NCBI RefSeq assembly: GCF_000039765.1
Contig: NC_004459.3
Span: 2,896,104-2,928,103 of the forward strand
Origin: Vibrio vulnificus CMCP6
GTDB lineage: Bacteria; Pseudomonadota; Gammaproteobacteria; Enterobacterales; Vibrionaceae
Direction: 5' to 3'
DNA length: 32,000 bases
Shown: piece by piece, positions 17,316-25,585 of the stretch
Layout: each line of letters begins with the position of its first letter
How positions within the stretch are numbered: position 1 is the first letter of the stretch
Made by a program: the position numbers and the translations under genes
The notes under the pieces: generated by a model
The model's input: only the letters and a program-made list of their open reading frames with translations
Databases searched by the model: none
What the model was told of the DNA's origin: nothing

Positions 17316-18654
17316 GCGACCGCTTTTCAAGCACCTCAGCTTAAAAAGCCGCCTATTTTTGGCGGCTTGCCTGTGGGTGACCGCAATGATCATCGCTGCC
17401 GGTGTCGGGATTCCCAAGCTGGTTAAAGAGTATTTAGTCAGTGATGTGGAAAGCCAACTGCGCTTAGCGCTAGATGAAATTTCGGCCAACCTCGAAGCCG
17501 GTAAGAATGGTAGCATTGTTCTTTCATCACGACTTTCTGACCCTCGTTTCAGTCAGCCATACAGCGGCCTATATTGGACGGCAACGATCAACAACCAAAC
17601 TCTGCGTTCTCGCTCTCTTTGGGATCGCACGATTCAAATCAAGCAAGGTCCCATACGAAAAACGGTGCTTGGGGCGAAAAATGAACGTTTAATTGTGTTA
17701 GAGCAGGATGTATTTCTCCCTGAGTACGTGAAACCCGTCCACATTGTGATTGGCATGGATGAAGCGCCGATGAAATCCACCTTGGACCATTTAACTGGAC
17801 AACTGTGGATGATTCTCGGTCTGCTCTTTGTTGGCGTCATGACCGTGATTGGTTTGCAAATCGCTTGGTCATTCCGACCATTAGGGAAATTACAACGCGA
17901 GCTCAAAGCGCTAAGAGCCGGTAGCCAACAACAGCTCGAAGCCAGTTATCCAGCGGAAGTATCGCCGCTGATCGATGATCTCAATGCCCTGCTCTTCCAT
18001 TATCAAGAGTTGTTGCAACGTGCTCGCAACCATGCGGGCAACTTATCTCACTCCTTAAAAACACCGCTATCTGTTTTGCGTAACGAAATCAGCCAATTGG
18101 ATGTCGAATCAAGCCACAAGCTCTTACCACCGGTTGAACAGATTCAGCAGCATATTGATTACCATCTTGGTCGTGCTCGAATGGCAGGCTCGATGAATAT
18201 TCTTTCGGTGAAATCCAACCCTTCTGAGCGTGTCGATGCCATTTCCATAGCGTTCGATAAAGTCTATGCCGAGCGAGATCTATTGCTTATCAACGAACTG
18301 GACAGTGAACTGGAGGTGGCCGTCGATCAAAGCGATCTCGACGAGATGCTGGGTAACTTACTTGAAAACAGCTACAAATGGGCGCGCAGCCAAATTCGAG
18401 TCCATAGCACACTAACAAGCGACGACCAGCTTACGCTCATCATCGAAGATAACGGGCCAGGAATCGCTGAGGAACACCTTACTCAGGTGCTGAAACGGGG
18501 TGTTCGCCTTGATGAGACCACGCCAGGTACCGGCCTGGGACTGAATATTGTCGCGGAAATGGCCTACAGCTATCGCGGCGATCTTACGCTAGAACGCAGC
18601 CAACTTGGCGGTTTACGCGCCAATTTAACCCTTAAGCTGGCAGCAAAGGGCTAG
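17305..18654 (+). CDS. Sensor histidine kinase (two TM helices, periplasmic domain, HAMP, HisKA, HATPase_c)
   Basis: This is ORF 17209..18654 trimmed to the ATG at 17305, which overlaps the regulator stop by 11 nt. It has an H-box (HAGNLSHSLKTPLSVL), N-box (LLENSYKWA), G1 (EDNGPGI) and G2 (GTGLGLNIV). Confidence 0.9.
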   Translation: MPTKRPLFKHLSLKSRLFLAACLWVTAMIIAAGVGIPKLVKEYLVSDVESQLRLALDEISANLEAGKNGSIVLSSRLSDPRFSQPYSGLYWTATINNQTLRSRSLWDRTIQIKQGPIRKTVLGAKNERLIVLEQDVFLPEYVKPVHIVIGMDEAPMKSTLDHLTGQLWMILGLLFVGVMTVIGLQIAWSFRPLGKLQRELKALRAGSQQQLEASYPAEVSPLIDDLNALLFHYQELLQRARNHAGNLSHSLKTPLSVLRNEISQLDVESSHKLLPPVEQIQQHIDYHLGRARMAGSMNILSVKSNPSERVDAISIAFDKVYAERDLLLINELDSELEVAVDQSDLDEMLGNLLENSYKWARSQIRVHSTLTSDDQLTLIIEDNGPGIAEEHLTQVLKRGVRLDETTPGTGLGLNIVAEMAYSYRGDLTLERSQLGGLRANLTLKLAAKG

Positions 18655-18701
18655 CGACGATAAGAAACCACTATAAAACAGCGCTTTTGGCGGAATATCA
18701 G

Positions 18702-18730
18702 TTGCTCAAAGCACGGTTGAGTGGTAGTAT
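18702..18730 (+). promoter_or_regulatory. Putative sigma-70 promoter of rplY with GC-rich discriminator
   Basis: TTGCTC (18702-18707), 17 nt spacer, TAGTAT (18725-18730), followed by CCGCGCTCGC, the type of discriminator seen in stringently controlled promoters. Confidence 0.5.
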
Positions 18731-18834
18731 CCGCGCTCGCTTTGACAGGAAACTTCCTGTTGAAGCCATACTTACTTCTGTAAGGTCGCATTACAGGGTA
18801 TGAAATTAACTTTTACTAATTTGAGAGTAAAACT

Positions 18835-19113
18835 ATGAAATTTGAAGCAGTAGTACGTACTGAACTAGGTAAAGGTGCGAGCCGCCGCCTACGTCTTGCT
18901 GGCCAATTCCCAGCAGTTGTTTACGGTGGTGAAGCAGCACCAGTTGCAGTAGCACTAAACCACGATGACATCGTAAACCAAATGGACAAGCCTGAATTCT
19001 ACGAAGCAATCACTCTAGTGATCGGCGGCGAAGAAGTTAAGGTTAAGCCACAAGACGTTCAACGTCACGCGTTCAAGCCAAAAGTTGAGCACATGGACTT
19101 CATCCGTATCTAA
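18835..19113 (+). CDS. rplY: 50S ribosomal protein L25
   Basis: 92 aa: [33 protein letters not shown]...[18 protein letters not shown]. This is the short (E. coli-type) L25. Confidence 0.95.
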   Translation: MKFEAVVRTELGKGASRRLRLAGQFPAVVYGGEAAPVAVALNHDDIVNQMDKPEFYEAITLVIGGEEVKVKPQDVQRHAFKPKVEHMDFIRI

Positions 19114-19202
19114 TTCCTCACCAGGGAATTAATCGGATTTAATCCAACCTTTTGCATATATAAGATTCTCGGCCTTACCATCCGAACAATCTAAAAAATT
19201 CG

Positions 19203-19245
19203 AAACCCCAGAGACTTACCACCTCTGGGGTTTCACCGTTTTATG
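19203..19245 (+). terminator. Probable rplY terminator
   Basis: AAACCCCAGAG/CTCTGGGGTTT stem (19203-19213 / 19223-19233) with a 9-nt loop, followed by CACCGTTTT. It lies about 90 nt after the rplY stop. Confidence 0.6.
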
Positions 19246-19622
19246 CCCTTTCCTACGTTTATACTCTCTCCCACATCGCTGCCTTCTTTAAGAAGCACCA
19301 TCAAAACGCAAACCATCCAAAAGGCTTACTCCTTTTCATTCTATAATTTGCACTGCCTTTGCATTTTCTCTCGCATTCTCTGTAATCAGCTTCGACGCAA
19401 CTTGAAGCAACAGCACATTAATCCTGATCGACGCTTTTAATTACCGCACGCTTTCTGCTACTTTCCGCTCAATTTTTTACTCTATCACCGTTTATATACA
19501 AACTACTTGGTGTGACAGTTCGGCAGCCAATAATCCTCCCTCGACAAACATCACGAGAAACGCTTTCGAGGGTGAGCTTTTTTGGGCCGATAGCACTGCG
19601 CCAGCAAGTAGGAAAGGAATCT

Positions 19623-21251
19623 ATGAATTTTTGGCAAATACGCATTCTACCCGTCACTCTTTTGGGTGCTCTGTTATCGGGATGCGGCAGTGACAGCAGC
19701 AACTCATCCCCGGCAGAACCCAGCCGTCTAGAACCGAACCAACGCTACGATTTGCTTTATCGAGCGACCTTTGGCCCAACCCCAAATAGTTATCAACAAA
19801 TGGCGTCAGTTGGCTACCAATCTTGGTTGGATCAGCAATTTTCAATGCCCCCCTCATTCCATCTTCCGCTCTTACAAAGTTATGTGATTGAGGGCGATAC
19901 GCCCACTCAATCAGATCGCGTTGCAGTCTGGTGGCATCAGGCTAATCATGCTCCTGATCAACTGCGCCAGCGAGTCGCCTTTGCCTTGAGTGAGATCTTT
20001 GTTGTGTCACGTTATGGCGCCAGCCTCAATGGCCGTGCGCAAGAGCTCACACACTATTACGATATGCTGTTGGAACACGCTTTTGGCAATTATCGTGATC
20101 TGCTGGAAGCGGTAACTCGCCATCCCGTAATGGGCGACTACCTTTCGATGATGGCAAACCAGCACGCCGATCCGCAAAAGAACCGCTTCCCAGATGAGAA
20201 CTACGCGCGCGAAGTGATGCAGCTATTTAGCATAGGTCTGTACCAACTCAACCAAGATGGCACCCCTTTACTCAATAACGGGGCCCTGCTCCCGACTTAT
20301 TCACAAGATGACATCGAAAACTTAGCGCGAGTCTTTACCGGTTGGCACTTGGCGGACAAAAGTAATGGCAGTTGGACCAGTAAGCAGGGAGATTGGTTTC
20401 AAGCCATGGCACCTTATGCGGACAAACACGATAGCGATGAGAAGTTCGTCATGGGTGAGCGCTTCCCTGCTGGGCAAAGCATTGAACAAGATATGGCTCA
20501 AGCGATGGCGATGTTGACCAACCACCCCAATACCGGTCCATTCATCGCTCGCCTACTTATCCAAAGGCTAGTCACGTCCAACCCGTCCCCTCAGTATGTT
20601 GAACGTGTGGCTTTGGCCTTTAATGACAATGGCAACGGCATACGAGGCGATCTCAAAGCCGTCATCCAAGCTATTTTGCTCGACCCAGAAGCACTCAATG
20701 GCCCAACAGAGCGCTTGAAAGAGCCGCTGATTTCAATGGCCAATCTTTACCGTGCGCTCGAAGCCAAAAGTGCCGACCCAACCGGACGTTACCACAACAG
20801 CAATGGTACGTTTTTCGCCTTTGGCCAAGCGCCTCTCTCTTCTCCGAGTGTGTTCAATTTCTTCTCGCCGGACTACGCGCCAAATGTGCAAATGAAGGAA
20901 AAAGGCCTAGTAGCGCCAGAATTTCAGATTCTAAGCTGGAACAACTTCATTAATATCAGTAACCAGATGTGGTCTGCTACTGGAAACAGTCAATACGATT
21001 CAGAAGAGAACCCAAAGAAAATTGTCGTTAATCTCGCCCCGTTAGAAACGCTCGCGAATGATCATCCCGCGCTGATTGCCGAGCTGAGCCGACGCTTTCT
21101 GTCCGAGCAAATCAGCCCAGAACTTGCGCTCATCATTGAGCAGAACTTAAATCAGCTCAAAGAGCACCAACAAAACACCAAAGTGCGTAATGCGCTGCAT
21201 ATCATTTTGAACAGTCAAGAATTTCACACCGAGGTAAGCAACGCATGGTGA
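19623..21251 (+). CDS. DUF1800-family lipoprotein (function unknown)
   Basis: This is ORF 19512..21251 (GTG start) trimmed to the ATG at 19623, which is preceded by AGGAAAGGA. It has a lipoprotein signal (MNFWQIRILPVTLLGALLSGC/GSD). Family-typical strings are present: VWWHQANH and PDENYAREVMQLFSIGL. Confidence 0.7.
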   Translation: MNFWQIRILPVTLLGALLSGCGSDSSNSSPAEPSRLEPNQRYDLLYRATFGPTPNSYQQMASVGYQSWLDQQFSMPPSFHLPLLQSYVIEGDTPTQSDRVAVWWHQANHAPDQLRQRVAFALSEIFVVSRYGASLNGRAQELTHYYDMLLEHAFGNYRDLLEAVTRHPVMGDYLSMMANQHADPQKNRFPDENYAREVMQLFSIGLYQLNQDGTPLLNNGALLPTYSQDDIENLARVFTGWHLADKSNGSWTSKQGDWFQAMAPYADKHDSDEKFVMGERFPAGQSIEQDMAQAMAMLTNHPNTGPFIARLLIQRLVTSNPSPQYVERVALAFNDNGNGIRGDLKAVIQAILLDPEALNGPTERLKEPLISMANLYRALEAKSADPTGRYHNSNGTFFAFGQAPLSSPSVFNFFSPDYAPNVQMKEKGLVAPEFQILSWNNFINISNQMWSATGNSQYDSEENPKKIVVNLAPLETLANDHPALIAELSRRFLSEQISPELALIIEQNLNQLKEHQQNTKVRNALHIILNSQEFHTEVSNAW

Positions 21252-22558
21252 CTCGTCGACAATTTATCTCTGCTCTCGCCGCCACACCTTTGGTATCGAT
21301 GATAGGCAGCAAACCCAGCTTCGCTCTACCCACCAATGATTACAAAGCGCTTGTGTGCGTGTTTTTATTTGGTGGCAATGATGGCTTTAATATGTTGGTT
21401 CCGACCAGTGATGCCCATTACGATGAATATGCCCGCGCTCGGCCTGACATTGCGTTAGCTAAAGAATCGCTGTTGCCGCTGACATTGGCCACAGGTTCAA
21501 CGCTCTCTTTGGGGCTTCACCCTGCCATGAGTGAACTGCAAGCATTAGTTAACCGCGGTAAAGCGATTCCCATTGTCAACAGTGGGGTACTCGTAGAACC
21601 CACAACCAAAGCAGAGCTCGTCAATGGAACTCGCGCTCTACCGCCTTTTCTTTTTTCACACAACTCACAACAAGCTGAATGGCAAAGGGGTTGGGCGGGC
21701 AGTTCCTCCACGTTAGGTTGGGCAGGCAGAATGATGGATGTGCTTTCCAATGGGCAGTTAGAAGTGAGCCCAACGTTCAGCATCAACGGCTATGTGCAGT
21801 GGCTGAATGGTGAGAAACAGCGCGCGAATCTGATCAACCCAGATGGCATGCCCACTTTATGGGCAAACAATAATACGTTGAGGAAACAAAGCTTTGACCA
21901 AGTTTTGGCGCTGCAGCCCGATAGCCTATTTGCACAAGCTTTTGATCAGGTGAAGAGCGATTCTATTACCATTCGAGATCAGCTTTCAGCCGCGCTAGAG
22001 TCCTCTCCTGAGGAGCCACACTTCCCAGATAACCGATTGAGCCAACAGCTTCATACCGTGGCAAGATTGATCAAATCCAGTGAACAACTAGGGCATCAAA
22101 GACAAGTGTATTTCGTTGGCATGGGTGGATACGACACCCATGCTAACCAATTGGTCGCCCATCAAACCTTGTTGGCTGAGCTAAGCCAATCCCTCGACGC
22201 CTTTAACACTTCGCTTGACAACGCCGGGATCGCCCATCAAGTCACTACCATGACAATGTCAGATTTCGGCCGAAGGCTTGCCAGCAATGGCTCGGGAACG
22301 GATCACGGTTGGGCAAGCAATCACTGGGTCATGGGTGGCGCTCTGCAATCTGGTCGGATTTATGGCCAATGGCCTTCCCTCATCCTTGATGGGGAAAACG
22401 ATTTTAATCGCGGCCGAATGATTCCAACCACCTCCGTCGAACAAATCGGTGCCACGGTGGCAAAGTGGATGGGTATTCAAACTGAGCAGCAATTGCTCGA
22501 TGTATTCCCCAATCTCAAGCATTTTGCGCAAAAAGATTTAGGATTCCTTGCTGGATGA
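21245..22558 (+). CDS. DUF1501-family protein (sulfatase / alkaline-phosphatase-like superfamily) with twin-arginine signal
   Basis: Tat motif MVTRRQFISALAA...SFA. Family-typical strings are present: GGNDGFNMLVP, GMGGYDTHANQ, SDFGRR and GTDHGWAS. Its start overlaps the DUF1800 stop (ATGGTGA). Confidence 0.75.
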   Translation: MVTRRQFISALAATPLVSMIGSKPSFALPTNDYKALVCVFLFGGNDGFNMLVPTSDAHYDEYARARPDIALAKESLLPLTLATGSTLSLGLHPAMSELQALVNRGKAIPIVNSGVLVEPTTKAELVNGTRALPPFLFSHNSQQAEWQRGWAGSSSTLGWAGRMMDVLSNGQLEVSPTFSINGYVQWLNGEKQRANLINPDGMPTLWANNNTLRKQSFDQVLALQPDSLFAQAFDQVKSDSITIRDQLSAALESSPEEPHFPDNRLSQQLHTVARLIKSSEQLGHQRQVYFVGMGGYDTHANQLVAHQTLLAELSQSLDAFNTSLDNAGIAHQVTTMTMSDFGRRLASNGSGTDHGWASNHWVMGGALQSGRIYGQWPSLILDGENDFNRGRMIPTTSVEQIGATVAKWMGIQTEQQLLDVFPNLKHFAQKDLGFLAG

Positions 22559-22572
22559 TGTCTTGTGGATGA

Positions 22573-24195
22573 TCAGTTGCTTTCATTGGCTTTTTGCACT
22601 TGGACAACTCTTCCCTTGCCTGCGGATTTTGCTTGGTACATAGCGATATCCGCCTCGTGAATGAGGCTATCCACATTGGTTGACGTCGTCTCAACGTCAA
22701 CCGTCACTAATCCAATACTTGCGCCAATGACGAGGGCTTTGCGCTCAACAATCACTGGTATCGCAATCGTCTCAAGCAGTGCTTGAGCGATTTGGGTCGC
22801 TTCTTGCGTCGATTGATTCTTCAATAAAACGATAAACTCATCTCCGGCATAACGAGCCGCCATGTCCTCCTGACCCACAGTATCCAGTAACCGCTGAGCG
22901 ACCGCTTTCAAAAGGAGATCGCCGGTTTGGTGACCATACTCATCATTGACGGCTTTAAAGCCATCAAGGTCAATAAATAACAGTGAAAACGGCTGCTTAC
23001 GCTCCAAGAATTTTGCTATCGCTTGTCTCACGGCAGTACGATTCGGCAAATCCGTGACAGAATCATGTGACGCAAGATGACGCGCAAAACGCTCTGCCGA
23101 TTTCAGCTCTTTGGTTCTTTCTAAGACTCTAAATTCGAGCTCTTTTCGCCCACGATTCACTTCATTAGCCATGAGATTGAAGCTTTCCACCAACGCTTGA
23201 GTCTCTTTAATTCCAGTAAAACCTTCGATGGTTTCCAAATGAGAGATGTGGCTCTCCGTCATTCCTTGAATTTGTTTAGTGAGTTTCCTTATTGGCCGCA
23301 TTAGCAGACCCGAGAGCTGCCAACTTAAGATAAAACAGATGACAAAACAGGCGATGGCTACCACAAACGTCACTTTTTTAAAATCGTTGATTGCAGCATC
23401 TAATTCACTCACGGGTTGAGGAATCATAATGCCCCAGCCTAACGTCGGCGTCACAGTAAACCCAGCAATCATGTCTGCCTTCATTGCCGGTGAATAAAAG
23501 CGCTCCACGCCGGTTTCCCCTCTTAACATCCGTTTTACCACACTGATTTTGGCAATATTTTTCGCCTGAGCTTGCCACTCTTTGTTCGGATGAGCCAATA
23601 CGCTTCCGGTGTTATCGACAATAGCGGCATGCCCTTTCTCGCCAAAGCTCACCGCCTCTTGAAGCTGAGCAACATACTCATTCGCCATCGCCGCCACCCA
23701 AACTCGTCCGTATTTATCTTCACGATAGAGATAAATCGTGGGTTGAGGAAGAGACTGTGAAATCACCGGGGTAACTCGCGTGATTTGATCGGCGTTGAGA
23801 TCCAAGGTTTTGGGAAAATAGACGGGCTCACCAAACAACACTCGACGTTGCATGGTGTTTTTTGAATAACGCGCCAAAGCATGTAAATTGAGCTGCTGGA
23901 GAAGGTTAATTTGTTGGGCAGAGAGTTCATTGCTATCAAACTCATCGCTGATCGATTCAAACACCGAGAGCACATCGACGCTGTAGCGCTCTAAAGCGGC
24001 ACTCAGGTTTTTGGCAAGCAGTAAGTGCTTTTCATTCACGGCTCGATACTCTTTCTCAAGTGCATGCTGAACCGCCCAGTACGAAAAAAGCACAATAGGT
24101 ACAACAGACACTAACAGCATCACTGATAACAAAATTGCACGCAGAGAAGGTCGCAATACAGGCATAAGCGTTCCAAACATTCGCAACAAGTTCAT
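22573..24195 (-). CDS. Membrane diguanylate cyclase: periplasmic Cache-like sensor, HAMP, GGDEF domain (AGDEF variant)
   Basis: One TM helix sits near the N-terminus and a second around aa 290, flanking a periplasmic domain of about 240 aa. This is followed by HAMP and coiled coil, then DSVTDLPNR...FIDLDGFKAVND...RYAGDEFIVLL. I prefer the ATG at 24195 (AAGGTG SD). The track start at 24201 is a GTG. Confidence 0.85.
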   Translation of the reverse strand: MNLLRMFGTLMPVLRPSLRAILLSVMLLVSVVPIVLFSYWAVQHALEKEYRAVNEKHLLLAKNLSAALERYSVDVLSVFESISDEFDSNELSAQQINLLQQLNLHALARYSKNTMQRRVLFGEPVYFPKTLDLNADQITRVTPVISQSLPQPTIYLYREDKYGRVWVAAMANEYVAQLQEAVSFGEKGHAAIVDNTGSVLAHPNKEWQAQAKNIAKISVVKRMLRGETGVERFYSPAMKADMIAGFTVTPTLGWGIMIPQPVSELDAAINDFKKVTFVVAIACFVICFILSWQLSGLLMRPIRKLTKQIQGMTESHISHLETIEGFTGIKETQALVESFNLMANEVNRGRKELEFRVLERTKELKSAERFARHLASHDSVTDLPNRTAVRQAIAKFLERKQPFSLLFIDLDGFKAVNDEYGHQTGDLLLKAVAQRLLDTVGQEDMAARYAGDEFIVLLKNQSTQEATQIAQALLETIAIPVIVERKALVIGASIGLVTVDVETTSTNVDSLIHEADIAMYQAKSAGKGRVVQVQKANESN

Positions 24196-24539
24196 AAGCA
24201 CCTTAGCTGTGCTTAACGTTAACCTGCGCCAACTGTCATTTATAGAAATTATAATGATTTATAAGATACGGCGTTTAGAGGTGGCATCAAAGTCATCATC
24301 TGTAGTTCGTGTCCGCCATTCATAATTTTTATGAATAAATTTGCAAGAATCTCACTTATTAGAATAGCGCTAACGCCGCTCGATACAAATTTCATGAGCG
24401 CGATGATCCCATCTTGATCCTTCATCGCCATTCACCAACGAACAAAATCGCACAAGGGTATCAAGGCTCGCTTGAACGAATGCTTTGCTATAAGAAAAAC
24501 TCAAAATTAAAAAACGAACAAAAAATAATCAAAATACCA

Positions 24540-24568
24540 TTGACGAGATGTTGGCCCACTTCTAAATT
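24540..24568 (+). promoter_or_regulatory. Putative sigma-70 promoter in the gene-poor gap
   Basis: TTGACG (24540-24545), 17 nt spacer, TAAATT (24563-24568), preceded by a very A-rich tract (24485-24535). It would give a leader of about 280 nt before the ORF at 24858. Confidence 0.4.
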
Positions 24569-24576
24569 TGATCAGT

Positions 24577-24667
24577 ACCTAAACAACCCACCCTCGACAT
24601 GGTCGCTGGCTTGCAACCAAACGAGGAGGTTGCTATCGACTTAGATATAGACCGATGTCGTTTAGGT
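24577..24667 (+). other. Predicted three-way-junction RNA structure in the leader of the orphan small ORF
   Basis: Hand-folded pairings: P1 ACCTAAAC(24577-84)/GTTTAGGT(24660-67); P2 GACATGGTC(24596-604)/GACCgATGTC(24650-59, one bulge); P3 GCAACC(24613-18)/GGTTGC(24628-33); P4 TATC(24634-37)/GATA(24644-47). I did not recognise any Rfam family. Confidence 0.3.
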
Positions 24668-24857
24668 TTCATTTCACGTCTCTGAGAACCGTTAGATACG
24701 TGATAAGAGATGGCGTGCCTATCTGCTCTGAGACAATGTGTTTAATGCCAAGCGATTGATTTCAAATGGCCTCCAGAGAATTCGTACCACTAACGTACGA
24801 GTAAGAGCAGTTTTACGCCTTAAACACTGCTGCTATGTATTCACGGAGGTTAGAAAT

Positions 24858-25079
24858 ATGAAACGAGCCAGCAAATCCTATCGTCTACAGCTCATAAGAG
24901 AAGTGGTGACACGACGCGAGCTGCAAACCAGTAACGACCCTATGGCGAATTACATCTATCAACTGATGACAGACAAAACGCATTCAACGCATGACGTTGA
25001 ACAAAATCATAAATTTATCGGTTGCCATTTTGATGAGCATGCCGGGGGGTGGGTAAACGATAAGTGGGGGCTAAAATAG
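24858..25079 (+). CDS. Hypothetical small protein (73 aa), no recognisable family
   Basis: This is ORF 24738..25079 trimmed to the ATG at 24858, which has a strong SD (CACGGAGGTTAGAAATATG). Translation: MKRASKSYRLQLIREVVTRRELQTSNDPMANYIYQLMTDKTHSTHDVEQNHKFIGCHFDEHAGGWVNDKWGLK. Coding status is unproven. Confidence 0.45.
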   Translation: MKRASKSYRLQLIREVVTRRELQTSNDPMANYIYQLMTDKTHSTHDVEQNHKFIGCHFDEHAGGWVNDKWGLK

Positions 25080-25140
25080 TCATCAACGAATGCATTTAGC
25101 TCTCCTTAGTCAACAGATCTCAAAAGTGTACTAGGGAGAG

Positions 25141-25389
25141 TTAAAATAAATCTTGCTGCGGGCTTTGTACTTCTTCTTTTGTGCTTGATGGATCTTTACC
25201 CTGTGCAAGCTTACGACGATAACGCTGACGACAGAGTTTAATCACGTGCAGCTGTTCACTTGGTGTCATGTTTAGCCAGTTAAAACGCTCTTCACGTTTA
25301 CGCATGCATCCATTGCAATAACCTTTGTCATCGACACTGCAAACCCCCACACAAGGGCTGGGTACAGTGAAAAACTCCAATTGCTCCAT
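25141..25389 (-). CDS. DUF1289 (YdhL-like) Cys-rich small protein
   Basis: 82 aa with the family pattern SPCVGVCSVDDKGYCNGCMRKREERFNW followed by a basic tail. Confidence 0.75.
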   Translation of the reverse strand: MEQLEFFTVPSPCVGVCSVDDKGYCNGCMRKREERFNWLNMTPSEQLHVIKLCRQRYRRKLAQGKDPSSTKEEVQSPQQDLF

Positions 25390-25585
25390 ACCGCCTCCTG
25401 CTGCTTATCGCTCTCACTGTTCACTCTAATCGTATCTCCATGAGGTAAGAAAGCATTCTCTAATGAAAACATGACCATGGTTGCTTTAAACGACAAATTT
25501 TCATACGAAACTATGACCGTATTCTGACAAATACAGCGTTCGATTAACTATACTTCCCACGTTCCCTAAATTCGGAGTTAATATA

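Noticed and set aside
19538-19583. Hairpin CCCTCGA/TCGAGGG plus T6, read as an intrinsic terminator or attenuator upstream of DUF1800.
   Set aside because: The stem is only 7 bp with a 21-nt loop, and the T-run is separated from it by 5 nt, so it is not a canonical terminator. I kept it only as supporting detail in the leader finding.
22552-22573. 8-nt direct repeat TGGATGAT (22552 and 22566) in the 14-bp gap between the convergent DUF1501 and GGDEF genes, with no terminator between them.
   Set aside because: The repeat is too short to distinguish from chance, and both copies overlap stop-codon contexts. Convergent genes without an intergenic terminator are not unusual.
24249-24431. 60-codon minus-strand ORF with a hydrophobic core (ALMKFVSSGVSAILISEILANLFIKIM) just upstream of the diguanylate cyclase. 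It could be a small membrane protein or a leader peptide.
   Set aside because: It has no convincing SD before its ATG and sits in an AT-rich region where random ORFs are common. I could not assess conservation. It is worth a look only if ribosome profiling shows translation.
24202-24860. Possible c-di-GMP (GEMM) riboswitch next to the GGDEF gene.
   Set aside because: I could not find the conserved GEMM-I features as I remember them from the V. cholerae examples. The hand-folded structure is a different three-way junction. Only a covariance-model scan can settle this.
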